Shown piece by piece: positions 50,612-63,450 of a DNA stretch of 64,000 nt. The DNA is from Rhynchobatus australiae (taxonomy: Eukaryota): assembly GCA_034780895.1 (NCBI GenBank), contig JAUZTB010000057.1:21114443-21178442 (forward strand). The letters are read 5' to 3'. Both the position numbers and the translations under genes were made by a program. The notes beneath the pieces were generated by a model that saw only the letters and a program-made list of their open reading frames with translations, did not search any database and was not told the DNA's origin. Each line of letters opens with the position of its first letter. The stretch's first letter is position 1.

Positions 50612-50820
50612 AATCAAAAAACTGCAGATGCTGGAAATTTGAAATAGAAACAGAAAATACTGGAAACATTCAGCAGTCAGGCAGCATCTTGGGAGGAGGA
50701 ACAATTATTAATTCATGTCAAAGAGTCTTCATCAGAATTTGCCGTAAGCTGATGCAGGGTTTTTGATTTGAAACATTAACCCAGTTTCCACACTGAGTGC
50801 TTCCACCATTTTCTGCTTGT
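50612..50820. repeat. Palindromic PLE terminal-repeat derivative
   Basis: aactgcagatgctgg...cttcatcag then ctgatgcagggtttttgatttgaaacatt...ttttctgcttg. Confidence 0.7.
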
Positions 50821-52784
50821 ATTAGCAGATTGGTATGTGTACACAACCAAACGCTGCTGCCCCAGGAAGCCTTGGAGAAAAGTTGTGTTCAGTGTTGAAG
50901 CGCACAGGGCCTTCTGAAAACTTTCTCACGTGCCTTCTCCTCCTATTACCTCTTCCTCCAGAGCATGCGTATTGGTCTGGGGGGGCGTTGCACCTTGGTC
51001 GTGCTCAGATCTGTGCCCAGCCTGGCCACATCCCTCAATGGATCTTCCACTATATATGTGCAAATGCAGGGGAAGCAGATCAGAGAAGAAGCACCAGGAG
51101 AGCCAAAGATTAAGACAAAGCACAGGAAAATTAGGTTATCTTTGTATGTATAATAACAGTTAATATATAATTTTGCATTAAACTGTGCATTTGCTGATGG
51201 CACTTTGTGTTATCAGAAAAAGAACAATGTGGTAACGAGATGATTAGTGGAAGGTAAGGAGGGTGGGAGTGTTGGTGAACTTTGGACGAGGTCACCGATA
51301 CCACTACTTGAATTATTTGATTCTGTTGGGAGCAGGGAGGAAGGAGTCGTCAGTGTTGCATTCTCTCCTTTTCCCTTTTCCTCTGCTTCCTGATGTCCTT
51401 GCTGCTCATCCTTCATTGTCTCCTCTTCCTTTCATCACTTCACCCTGAATTTCTGTGATCGGAGAGCAGTAGTGAGCTCCCTTAAGCAACGATGCACCGC
51501 AGACTCTGAAATGTTGCACCTTCATCAGCTGCTTAGGTGGAGCCAGGAATCTGAAAGCTTCGCCACAGGTATCTTGACAGCCACCGGCGATGCAGACCTC
51601 GCCCGGGTTTGAGGTTGCGGTTGAGGGTATGGAGGTTGGCAGATTTCAGAGACGACATCGTCGGTGAAGCAAAGTTCAAGCAATGGCCCTTGAAAATTGA
51701 GTACAGCACAGGAACAGGCCCTTCAACCCACAATGTCTCTGCCGGCCATGATGCCAATCAAAACTAATCCCATCTGCCTGCACATGGACAATAACTCTCC
51801 ATTCCCTGTCCGTTCATGTGTTGGGGGAATTGCTCGTCAGTGATTCATTCCAGAAATGACTGCATGCTGGGAGCCTTTTCACCCCCTCCTCCTCATCCCT
51901 CCTCCAGTAGCCCCTTATTTAATCTTGTTCGATTCCAAGGCCTGCTGTATCTGGACAAGCCTTTAAACCAACAAAAAAAGTACTCTGGTATAAGTTAGAT
52001 AAGTCTGACCATTAAAAGTTGAGACACACCAAGGAAAGCTACAGAATTGCACCAGCAGCTGGGGAGAAATGATCCAGTGATCGACCAGTTAGTAGGTCAT
52101 GATCCCTTTAAATGATGCTGATATTGTGGAAAGGTAAGAAAATTTGAAGTTCAAAGGTGGCTGTATATTGTTAGACCTGCACTGGACACTGATGCAGTAA
52201 CCTCGTATTTCATTGTGACATGGAAGATGGCTGTTTAGCCTGTCACAACTAGGCTGGCTCTCAGTGCATTCTCCTGTATCCTATTTACCCACTGCCTGCT
52301 TTGCATCCTGCCTGCAGTTGTTGGGTGTATGAACGCAAACAACTGCACCAAAGTGACAGCATGCGACTGTTCCATTGGAAATGTTTGTTAGCAACTTGGA
52401 CAAAATTCTTTAACCTTTCCGGGACATACAAGTGTCTAAAAAGACGGATGCCACAAAGCGCAATTTATACTCTGACTCTAAAGATAACTATTTTCAATGT
52501 TCGTATGTCTGTTTATTTACTGTTAGTTAGGTTCTCCATTTTATATTTTCCCCCACGCAATTTTTAGCCACCACTTGGGAGAAAAGCAGAGCTCCTCTTG
52601 CCGGAACTTTCAAGGGGACCCCAATTTTTCACGTCAGGTAGACAAGTGTCCTCAGTTGGAATCAGGGTGGCTCAGTCTCAGAATACTTGTACTGGTGGAG
52701 CAGAGGTTTTAGTTGGTGAATTTTGGGTTCCTATTCACTTTGTAATTAGGCAACCAGTTAGTATCATAGAACAGTGACATAGAA

Positions 52785-53122
52785 CACTACAGCACAGTAC
52801 AGGCCCTTCGGCCCACAATGTTGTGCCAACATTTTATCCTGCTCCAAGATCTANNNNNNNNNNNNNNNNNNNNNNNNNNNNNNNNNNNNNNNNNNNNNNN
52901 NNNNNNNNNNNNNNNNNNNNNNNNNNNNNNNNNNNNNNNNNNNNNNNNNNNNNNNNNNNNNNNNNNNNNNNNNNCCACTCTCTGTGTTTAAAAAAAACTT
53001 ACCGCTGACAGCCCCCTTATACCTTCCTCCAATCACCTTAAAATTATGTCCATTTGTGTTAGCCATTGTCGCACTGGGAAAAAGTCTCTGACTGTCCACT
53101 CAATCTATGCCTTTTATCATTT
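52785..53122 (-). mobile_element. CR1 (HER1-like) LINE 3' end
   Basis: Closely similar to 30920-31275, with an N gap inside. Confidence 0.85.
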
Positions 53123-53533
53123 AGGATTTTCAAAGCTCTACATAAAAGGGCCAATATAATTTGAGTTTACACTTCCAGCAGGAAGCCCTGCCCATCATCA
53201 GCAGCATATTTCAGAAACTTAATCATGCACAGATCACTATTTCCTGGAGTTAAACAAGTAGAACGTTATGCACGGCATGTGCCCAGGTACCTAACCTGCT
53301 GCTGATGGACAAGGTTCTTCATCTGCAGTGTCAATACATGAAGTTGCCCCACCAAGAGAACTTTCAATTGGAAATGTTCCCCGCACCTGCAGTCTTGACC
53401 CGTCAGATATGTTCTGAATCCAGCAGATTATTCCGTCTCTATCGCTGTCACTCGATTGGGTGATGTATGTGTGTGAGTGAAATTGTGCCTGTGAATGGAG
53501 AAATTGACTTAAACCACTCCTTGTATCCTGCAG

Positions 53534-54202
53534 ATGAGGTGCAACCTGAAGAAGATGCCATGAAAGATCCTCTGAATGCTGTGAAGGATACCTCAAGCAT
53601 TGAGCATTCTTCACCATCTCCTCAGCCAGTTCCACATTGGTCCAGAGATGAACAAGCCTCTCCAAAGGCCATACCAGCACATGTTTCAACCCAAGGACCT
53701 GACACATCAGGAACATTTCCCCTCTCTCCAATCCCCTTAGTTAAAACAAGTGAGAAACCCTCTGCAGAGCCTCTGCACCATAGGCCAATGATGTCTCCCT
53801 TGTACTCAAAAGAAGCTGTAAATACAGTTGTTTATCCAACTGCACTCTACTCTGCCAAGGGAGCCCTAATCGTAGGGAACAGTTCCAGCAACAGTGAAGC
53901 TGTTCCACCAAGTGACCAGTCAGAAGGCAGCAGTTCAAGTGCTGGTGATGAGGAATATCTAGAGACAGCTGACATTGCTTTTCAGGTTAAAGACCAGCTG
54001 CTAAAGCACAACATTGGACAACGTGTCTTTGGACACTATGTCCTGGGATTATCACAAGGATCTGTCAGTGAGATTCTTGCCAGACCCAAACCATGGCATA
54101 AGCTTACTGTTAAAGGGAAGGAGCCTTTTATTAAGATGAAGCAGTTTTTATCTGACGAGCAAAATATCCTTGCCCTTCGAACTATTCAAGTGCGACAGAG
54201 AG
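53534..54202 (+). CDS. CUX2: CUX2 exon (~exon 15), CUT1 domain
   Basis: tcctgcag|at...agag|gtatgt; 669 nt; contains the full CUT1 repeat through KEPFIKMKQFLSDEQNILALRTIQVRQR. Confidence 0.96.
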
Positions 54203-55222
54203 GTATGTACGCAGGCTAACGTCAGCTTTCTGTTGGAATGAAACTTGGAATAATAAAGTTTGAGTGCTGCTGTGTATCAGAGCACATTGTTAAAACAGAC
54301 ATTGAGTGGTACAGCTTCACATAACAAAGTATGTCGAGGAGCTGAATACAAAAGAGATAAATAACTTAAACTAGGATGCAATTAGACCCAAAATAAAAAG
54401 AAGTGCTTGAAACACTCAGCAGGCTGGGCAGCATCTGTGGAAAGAGAGGTAACATTTCAATTTGAGACCCTTCCGTAGCAGTTATTGAGCTTGTAGATCT
54501 TAAGGAAGCTTTCAAATTAATTTATGTTGTGACATAAGGATTTAAAACTCATCTAATTTTGTGGGAGAGCTTTGAACTCTTAAAGCTGAATTCAGAACTA
54601 AGCTGGTTCCACATCAGAGCCTGCAGACATTCTGTTTTACACACACTAAGCTACAGCGACATGGACAAGTCTTGGTGGCCACATCCAATCTCAAGCAGCG
54701 TCCAGTGGACAGCTTTAGTTTAAAGACTTGAACAGATTTTTCTCCACTATGCCAATGTCCTTTAATTTCTAATATTCAATTATTATAAGTTGCATCCAGC
54801 TGCTGATCAATAACCCTCTTGTACACATGGAGTACATTACATGTCTTCTTGCATATGCATCTTGTAGTGATCCTTCACAATGACTATTCATCTGGGCACA
54901 GTTTCCAGAGCAAGTTATGTCACCAGATTATGTTTTACCAAATCATCTAAAGCATCCCAGCACCAAACAGTGGGGGGGGGGGCAGAAATAAAACAAATGA
55001 AATATTTTGAAAGTACACTTTACAAAATCATCCAGAAGCTGAAATCTTTTAAAGACATTGTTGAGTTTTAAAAAAACTAAACTTTTGAGAGACCTAATTC
55101 CAGTGCAGTGAAGGTGGTAATGAAATCAAGCCCTTGGTTCTTTTTTTTGTCTTCTAAATTACATGGATAAAGTGCAGGAAGTAGTTTTCACGCATCATGT
55201 TTGTGATTTTTCTTTTTTGCAG

Positions 55223-55324
55223 GGAGTATAACTCCCAGGATTCGGACACCAGAGACTGGATCAGATGATGCCATTAAAAATATCCTGGAGCAGGCAAAGA
55301 AAGAGCTTCAGACTCAAAAATCTG
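55223..55324 (+). CDS. CUX2: CUX2 exon (~exon 16)
   Basis: ttttttgcag|gg...tctg|gtgagt; 102 nt; reads [34 protein letters not shown]. Confidence 0.96.
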
Positions 55325-55844
55325 GTGAGTAATTGGGGAAAGTAAACTAATCCAAATGTACTTAAATTAATAAGATTGTTCCTTAGAGCTCTGACATGCA
55401 GGTCATTAAAACTTAACCATGTGAAAGCAAATGAGATGTTCATGGAGAAGTTTATCAGTTGACAGGCTTTTAAATCATAACTATCAATGTTCTGAGTATC
55501 TAATTTGAGAAATCTAATCCAATGTCTAAATGCGTGTGGACAAAGCTGTTACTGAGTTTTGTGTTAAGGATGTATCCGTGGGAATAAGTTGGAATAAGGC
55601 AGCAGTTTGGAAGTAGTGAAGTCCCCTCGCAATGTATTTTTGGAGAGCTTTGAATTTCTGTACTCACTTCATGTCCACAATTCCTTTGCATCTTTGAAAA
55701 CTTTTTTTTCTGCATTTTGTGCACTGTACTTTGGGTTTGGCTAAGGCACAACTTCCACTCATATTTGGAAAGAAAATAGTTATTATTACTTGAGCAAAAG
55801 AATGCTTTTAAAAAAGCACTGACTTTCTTTTTTTTCCTTTTTAG

Positions 55845-56605
55845 TTGAATCTAAAAGCTCTCCCTTGCCTGTGTGCAGTACAAGTTCCAGCAGTAGTGCT
55901 GGTTCTGATGAAGCAATTCGTTCTATCCTGGAGCAGGCCCGTCGAGAGATGCAGGCCCAGCAGCAAGTTCTGCTGGAGATGGAGACCAGTAGCAGCAACA
56001 GCAATGCAGTGACAACTCCACATGTAGAAACTTTACCAGCCACGAACAAAGTTCCTCTTTCCTCTTCCATTAAACAAGAGGAAGGTATTGCAACTAAAAG
56101 TTCACAGACTCCTCTCAGTGTAGTATCACCTGCAGCCTTTGTACAGAGCATAATACGAAAGGTGAAGTCAGAAATTGGTGATGCTGGATCATACTTTGAC
56201 CAGCACTGGGCCACTGACAGGAATGTGGCTCACAGGTTGTATGCTTCAGTATCGCCCTCACCGTCATCCTCTTCCTGCGGCTCGTCTGGGACGGGAACCG
56301 TTCGACAGTGGCGAGCTGAAGCCAGTGAGAACAGCAAAAATGGTGAGGAGCAGCCAGCCAGCTTTGAAGGTACAAACAAACTTGCAGACATAAAATCTGA
56401 AGGCAGCCCGGACTCTCAAAGTATGGGACAACTTTCTGTATTCCCCACTTACGTTCCACGTTCGCTGAAACCAACAGTACCTCCACTGACTCCAGAGCAG
56501 TACGAAATGTACATGTACCGGGAGGTGGACACTCTGGAATTGACCAGACAAGTTAAAGAAAAGCTGGCCAAAAATGGGATCTGCCAGAGAATCTTTGGTG
56601 AAAAG
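55845..56605 (+). CDS. CUX2: CUX2 exon (~exon 17), first half of CUT2
   Basis: cctttttag|tt...aag|gtaaga; 761 nt; reads [14 protein letters not shown]...[29 protein letters not shown]. Confidence 0.96.
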
Positions 56606-56849
56606 GTAAGAGACGATATGAATTAATTTAAAGTGTATCTCCTGCTTTACCAAGCTGAAAAGAGCATGTGTGATGTTCATTGAAGAGGAGCAGTTAGAGT
56701 TCATAATTATTCTTAGGAGAACAGAGCTGCAGAAGAGACTTTTTTTTAGATCAACAGTCTCTGCTGTCATGTTTCAGGTTCAGTTACTATGAGGGGAATA
56801 CAGTGAGCTTTGTGCGAGGACAGGTACCATCCAGTGCCATACAGTTACC

Positions 56850-57620
56850 ACACAAGCATAAGAAGCAGTAGCAGGCCTGCAGCCTCTGGTGCCTGCTCTG
56901 CCAGTCAGTAAAATCCTGGCTGAACTTCTCAGCCAAGCTACATTTTCTTGCACTAACCCCATGACCCTTGATTCAATCAATATCCAAATATTTGTTGATC
57001 TCTGACTTGAATATACCCAGTGACTGGTCCTCCACAGCTACCTTAAGTAAAGAATTTCAAAGGTTATTCTTTTCTTCTCAGTGCTGAATAACGGACTCAT
57101 TATTCTGAGACAGGCTGTTGACACCCCACCCAGGGGAAGAGGAATTCCTGCATCTGCACTGTCAAGCCTTCAGTTTCTCCTGAATTTGAGGGTATCAGCC
57201 CAGTTTGCTTTAATTTCTCCCCGAGGATAAAGCCCACCACTAGCCACCATCCCAGGAATCAATCAGGTGAATATTTGCTGCACTCCCACTGTCACATTTA
57301 TCCTTTGGTCGGGAGACCAGAGGTACACACAATTCCATGTGCAGTCACATGCCCTTTATACCACAGTGAGGCTCTTTACTCTTGTACTCTCTTCCATTTG
57401 CAATAACCTACTGTTTGCATCTCTAATTGCTTGAGGTCCTGGGCAGTAACTACCAGTGATTTGTGTCCAAGAACACCTAGCTCCCTCTGAATATTAGCGG
57501 CTTTCCATCTCTGCCTATCTATTTTTTTCTACCAAACTGGATGACCTCACACTTTTCCACTTTATATTTCATCTGCCATGTCCTCCCTGTGGCCTGTCTA
57601 TCACTTTGTAGCCCCTCTGC
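56850..57620 (-). mobile_element. Decayed CR1 LINE 3' fragment
   Basis: cataagaagcagtagcaggcc tail; catcccaggaatcaatcaggtgaat; ggagaccagaggtacacacaattcca; cctcacacttttccactttatatttcatctgcca. Confidence 0.75.
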
Positions 57621-59196
57621 ATTTTCCTCACAAACCATCCAGCAATCCAGCTGAGGTAACATCACTGAAGGGATGAGCCAGTGAGATTTGGAAGAGGGGT
57701 AGGTGCCAGCCAGCAGTGTACAGTGGTTACCTTTTGACTGTTACTGCAAACAACAATGCAGGAGTGATGGGGTTATGAACAAAAGCCTGCTTTTGCAAGT
57801 GCTGGGATCACCATGTCTCTTAAGCTATTGGTATTATTGCTTCCATCCAGGGAACATAAATCATAGTTGTCTGCTTGCCTTCTTGTTTCCAACATTAATT
57901 TTGATCCAAATGCGTCTGTAGTTCCACTGCTGCCATTGGAGATTCATGGCTTAACCGAGGGAGCAACACAAGATATTCAATTTACTTCGTGTTGCTATCT
58001 ATTTTAGCTGAAGTCTCATCCTGGTCGGTTGATACTGGCACATGAGCCTTTAATTCAGGTTTCAGCTTCTATGGGACCAGTACTTGTCTAGGGGAAGAGA
58101 AATGAACTGGGGCTAGGAGTAGCCATGTGTGTTGAGAGGTCACAAAAGGAGTTGTATCAATGCCTTTGTGGAAATGCTGTGGGTCCAGATTACATAACTT
58201 TCTCACCTCGGGAACATTTGGCAGGAAGAATGGGGAAAAATAAATTGTGCTGCTTATTTAGAATCTGCCGCAGATCCTTGAAACCATCAAGGATGTTGGG
58301 TTGGTTGGGTCTTTTTGTTTAATTGGTTGTCTTGTGAGGAAGTCAGGACAGCAGTTTAACGGTGTGATTTGAAAATTAGATGTTACTTAATAGCAATTGA
58401 TTACACTGGCTTTCAATAATTCNNNNNNNNNNTAATTCTTTGATATTCACTCACTCAGTGCTTCTGTCTAGGTGCTCTTGGTTCCTAAATGTACACAATT
58501 TTGATTACAATTGTGGAATTACACTGCACCTCCTGATATCTGAAATATTTAAACATATGTTACCTTGCATGTGTAAGCAGAGACCTACAGTGGCAGCAAT
58601 CCGTGCTCACTGCTGATTGTATGTTTGCCCCATCACATTGGGCAGCCTGTATACAGTTAGTACACAGCTGGTATGAGAGACTCCTGTTAATATCTTCTGT
58701 TTTCCAGCACTATTCTTTTTTTTAAAGCAGTGTTTGTAATCTAATTATGAGACTTTAGCTGAAGAGAAATGATTATTCTAGTGCTATATCAGTTTGAAAC
58801 CTACTGAGCTATAAAGCAATTTTTTTATGCTTCTGTTTCTCACTGGTCTCCTCAAAACAGCAACTAATAAACTTGTCCAAACCCATCGCTTTTAGTAATC
58901 TATCTTCACTGCAATGAAAAGCATGCTCACCTGATGCAAAACTGTGAAGAATATTCATTTGTCAGAAGCTAAACATCTATAAGTGGATTTCCTATAATGC
59001 AGGAGTAATATGATGGATAAGACTAAAAATCTATTTAAATGCTGCAATAAAATCCACAGAGCGATGGGATCGTCACTCTCCTGTAAAATAATCTGTCCCT
59101 TATAACATATTCCCATTTCAGTAAAGCTATTAACAGGACAGGATTGAAGGTTGGAAAATAATTTGTTTCCCTTCCTTCATCTTTCCTCTGTGTCAG

Positions 59197-59356
59197 GTTC
59201 TGGGCCTGTCCCAGGGTAGCGTGAGTGATATGCTGTCTAGACCCAAGCCATGGAGTAAGCTAACCCAGAAAGGCCGCGAGCCATTCATCCGCATGCAGCT
59301 GTGGCTTATTGATAAGTTAGGCCAGAACGCTACACACCCTGCACAACCCGTACAAG
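59197..59356 (+). CDS. CUX2: CUX2 exon (~exon 18), second half of CUT2
   Basis: ctgtgtcag|gtt...caag|gtaaga; 160 nt; reads [37 protein letters not shown]. Confidence 0.96.
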
Positions 59357-59529
59357 GTAAGAGATTTTATTTTTCTGTTATGAATTCTGAAACCATTATG
59401 GTAACTTGATCATTAATCAAGTAAGGTAGGTACATAACACGGTCTCTTCCTGAATCCAAAATGACTTAGAATTTTCATGAAGCATCAGATACCTTTCAAT
59501 TGTTTATGCGAGTCTTCCTTGGAGTATCA

Positions 59530-59790
59530 GGCACAGGGGAACACCACCACCTGCAGGTTCCCTCCGAGTCTCTCACAATCCTAATGTGGAAATGTATCAC
59601 TGGTCCTTCACTATCACTGCATCTACTCTCTGGAACTTTCTACCCTTGAGTACTCTGGGAGCATCTTCCCCAGGACGACTGCAGTGGTTCAAGAAGACAG
59701 CTCACCCACCCACTCCTCAAGAGCCATTGGGGATGAACAATAAATGCTGGCATTGCCAGTGATATCCACATCCTGTAAAATGAATTTGCT
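59530..59790 (+). mobile_element. CR1/L2-class LINE 3' end
   Basis: ggaacaccaccacctgcaggttccc...gactgcagtggttcaagaag...caataaatgctggcattgccagtgatatccacatcc. Confidence 0.75.
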
Positions 59791-60217
59791 TAAAAATCCC
59801 CATGGGACATGGTACAAGCAAATATCCTTTGCCTATATCTCAAACTTCCACAATACAAATAAGGGCTTGATGTCTGAGAATTTTAAAAACAAAACAGATT
59901 CTAGAAATACTCAGCAAGTTGGGCAGCATCTGTGGAGAGAGAGAGACTAAATATTTCAGGCCGATGACTCCTCTTCCAGAAGTTAATGCATGTACGACAG
60001 ACTTTAATGACTGTTTGAAACCTCCAGTTTAAGACTAGATAATCCTGAGGCAATCACCATCCAGTGCTGACTGCATTCAGGGGAATCGGGACCTGCATTG
60101 GCTGTTACCCAAGAGGTACGTGTCTTTCCATCACAAACTGAATTAGAGAGCAGGAAGCTTACTTACACATCTCCCTAATACCATTATACCCAAACTAACC
60201 TCTCTGGTTAAAATCTA

Positions 60218-60480
60218 AACAGAAAATGCTGGAAACACTCAGTTCAAGTAGCTTGTGGAAGAAGAAATAGTTAACATTTCAGATCGAAAATCTTTCTTCT
60301 CTAACCTGAAAAGTTAACTTTATTTCTTTCCACAGCTGCCCAACCTGCTGAGTATTTCCAGCATTTCAGCATTTTCAACTTTAGAACATAGAATAGTACA
60401 GCACTGGAGGCCACTTGACCCACGATGTTGTGCCGATACTGATATTTCAACATTCCAGCATCTGCAGTTCTTTGATTTTT
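60218..60480. repeat. Palindromic PLE terminal-repeat derivative with a short CR1/SINE tail inserted at ~60383-60440
   Basis: aaatgctggaaacactcag...gttaacatttcag / ctgaaaagttaac...ctgagtatttccagcatt inverted arms. Confidence 0.7.
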
Positions 60481-60869
60481 GACTCTGTGTTTCCTGCACC
60501 ATCCTGTGCTTCCCCTCCAGATGCCCGACTGCCTGATCCATTTATCTTCTGGGCACCAGCACCTCTCTGATCTTGCATTGCTCGTCCGGTTGTGATGCTC
60601 TACCAGCCTGAGGCCCAAGGTCAGGGGTCCTTTGGACCTCAGCATTTAAATGGAAGGGATGTAGACTGGGCACATCCAAATTTGCCCCCCCCTTCACCAA
60701 GTGCCCACACGCTGGTGTCCCTGAAATCCTGGGAGGACAACTTTTGAAGTGGGAGGTTCAGTGCCAAAGTGAGGTTTTTTATTGATGCATTCATCTTGCA
60801 AAAAGACTTATTTTATGATGCTTTTACAAAATTTATTTATTTTTTCTCTCTGTGACTTGATTGAAACAG

Positions 60870-61145
60870 CAAATAATGCCATTCAGGCCAGGTATTCACC
60901 GTCGCCTCCGCCCAGCCCCGCTGACTGTGAGAAGAGCCAACAGGAACCAGTCAGTGCAGCTCTGGAAAGCACAAAAGAGAACCAGCAACCTGAGAGCCAA
61001 TCAACTTCTCACTCACTGCGTGGTAAGAGCCTGTCCAATGGCCAATCACCTACAGGCATTCAAGAAATGGTGGCCATGTCCTCTGAGTTGGACACTTACG
61101 CCATCACCAAAAAGGTTAAGGAAGTGCTAACAGACAACAATTTAG
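60870..61145 (+). CDS. CUX2: CUX2 exon (~exon 19), start of CUT3
   Basis: gaaacag|ca...ttag|gtattg; 276 nt; reads SPSPPPSP...[10 protein letters not shown]...[30 protein letters not shown]. Confidence 0.94.
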
Positions 61146-61659
61146 GTATTGTACATTTTCCAATAACTTTCAGTGTAGCTTGTCCATAAAATTGCATTTT
61201 TGTAATATATTGCTATCAAAGTTTATGTACCTTGGGTCATTTTATTTAGAAATGCAGCTTTCATATTCTGAAATCCAGAAATGACACTGGTTTAGAGTAA
61301 ATGGATTTTCTATCTCTTTCCCTGACCCCCTGGGCTTTTTTGAAAAAGTAATATACCAATTGCACTGGAAACCCTATCACACTGTAAACCATAAAGCATT
61401 TGAAGCTCCCAAGAAGGTTTGCTGGTTAACCATAAAGCATTGAAGATTTGAAAGGGAAGAATTCAGGAAGCAATAAGGAATTGGTCAGTGTCAGGAAAAA
61501 CAGAATGGGTGCCTTGCCAGTCCTCTTTATGTCCAAATTATGTTCCTAAATTGGATCTGGAAATTCAGTACAAAAATGATCAAATTCACAGGTGTAATTT
61601 TGTCAAGGCAGGAAAGCATTAAGGTAAACATCTGAGGATAAATTTTGGTATTGGAGCCT

Positions 61660-62560
61660 TATGTCAGCCGTAGCACAATGACAACATCCTGACCTCAATC
61701 AGGAAATCACAGCAACAAATCCCCCTCCTAAAGTTTGAACTTCTCATGGAGGCTGCTCGGTTTGACAGAGCAGGTGCTTCACTGTTGGACTGACACCTTC
61801 CAGATCTCCTCAAAGGGGAGTGATGCACACATCCCTTTAATAAGGATATGAATGCTTTGAAGGCATAAGAGGTTTACTAGAATCCTTCCAGGATAGGGAT
61901 AAACTACATTATTCCCATTTTGAAGAAAGAAGACTTGGTAGATAACAAATACAGATTCTGCAGACCTGAAATACTTGGTATATTAGGTATCATTTGTAGA
62001 TGGAGAAACAGAGTTAACATTTCAATGCAACGATCTTGCATCATTAACCTGAACCATTAACACTGTTTCTTTTTCCACAAATGCTGCCTGACCTGCTGAG
62101 TTTTTCAAAATTTTCTGTATTATTAAAGATTTGGTGGAGGTGTTTAAAGTTGCGAAGGGTTTATATTAACTGTTGATAGAGAAGCTAGTATTAAATTGCT
62201 GAAGGGTCAACAACCAGAGGGCTCAGAGTTAACATATTCAGCAAAAGAAGCAGAGGCAGTGGAAAGTCTATTTTATGCAGCAGTTAGTTGGAATTTGAAA
62301 TGCACGGCCTGAGTGCTCTGTGGAAATAGATTCGGTAGGCTTCAAAATGGAATCTGGTATGTCCCGAAGGAGAAAACTTGTAAAGGTATGGGGAGTGGGC
62401 AAGGGAATGGGATTAACTTCAGGCTCTGAAAGGCCAAGAAAAATCACCTTCTGTACTAAACTGTTCCAGGAAGCTTCATCTGCCATCTCAAGTGGATGCA
62501 TGTGATCACACTACACTATTTAGGAAGAGTAAAGGGATTCTCAGTGTCCTGGCGAGCTTG
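61660..62560 (+). mobile_element. Decayed DeuSINE-like element split by CR1 and PLE fragments
   Basis: tRNA-like head gtcagccgtagcacaatg at 61663. A Deu-domain-like cactattttaggaagagtaaagggattctcagtgtcctggc lies at ~62515. A PLE palindrome (61950-62120) and a CR1 piece (62120-62400) lie between. Confidence 0.4.
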
Positions 62561-63297
62561 CTGCCATCCTGTAAAGTGAGCTGGTGGATCTCTGCCAGAT
62601 CCTCATGTCTTTTCCCAAGAGAGAACAGAGCTCCCTGATAATCAGAGACATTTAAATTAACTAATCTACCAGAAATTAACTTAAAACAAAAACAAAATAA
62701 ATCACTTGCCTGCAGTCACCATCAGCTGATGGTGACCTCATTCAAATGAATGGGATCCAGACACATAATCAGCTGTTGCTGGCATAAAGCCGAGGGGCCA
62801 GATGCAAAGTGCATCTGGCCACTAAGTTTCTTATGGTTGTGCTCTGCACTGGACTTGGTGTTGACAACTGGCCTCTAGCCTGATGTGAAGAGGACGTCAC
62901 CAGCAAGTCTCTGCAGAACCATCACCAGCGGGTTGTGACTAATGTGTAATGTGTGTAAACTCGTGTATTCTACAGTGTTAGTGCTGGAATATAATCCTGC
63001 ACCCCTCACCTTGCGCCTCAGATTATGGGACATCAGAGCCAGCCTGCAAAGAACAGTGCAACATTGGAGATGGTAGAATCCCGAGGTAAATGAGTCTGGC
63101 GGTCTCAGTTCTGGACAGAATATGTGGGATAGAATAGGAAGCTGCATAGGTTGGGCTGGTCAAGTTGGGATTGGAAAGATTTGGAAGGTATCTAATTCAG
63201 GTGTCTGTTCCTCATTCAGGTTTGTTGTGGAAAAAACTTGTACCTTTTTGTTATCAGTCAATCCCAGGGCCTGCTCTCCTGAATCAGTCCAACAATG

Positions 63298-63450
63298 ATA
63301 AATGGAAGAACTCGGTGGGTCAAGCAGCATCCGTGGAGGCAAGAGGTGTACGTCAACGTTCCCTCTCAAGACCTTGCATCGATGCTGCTTCACCCGCTGA
63401 GCTCCTCCAGCGTTCTGTTTCTTCCCCCCTAGATTCCAGCATCTGCATTC
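63298..63450. repeat. Palindromic PLE terminal-repeat derivative
   Basis: ggaagaactcggtgggtcaagcagcatc...gatgctgcttcacccgctgagctcctcc inverted arms; tail agattccagcatctgca. Confidence 0.75.

Noticed and set aside
51816-51998. Possible exon (LLYLDKPL...) as exon 14
   Set aside because: No acceptor gives the required phase without a stop, and 46046-46148 fits far better.
53180-53286. cag|gaagcc...cccag|gtacct exon-like segment
   Set aside because: Open only in a phase incompatible with the flanking CUX2 exons, and no homology.
53467-53533. In-frame intronic ATG extending exon 15 upstream by 22 codons
   Set aside because: A short open stretch is expected by chance, a good acceptor exists at 53533 and there is no promoter evidence.
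55786-56770. Antisense ORFs overlapping exons 15 and 17
   Set aside because: Shadow ORFs of the coding strand with no independent homology.
61387-61445. Direct repeat aaccataaagcatt(t)gaag, two copies
   Set aside because: A simple local duplication; only two copies.
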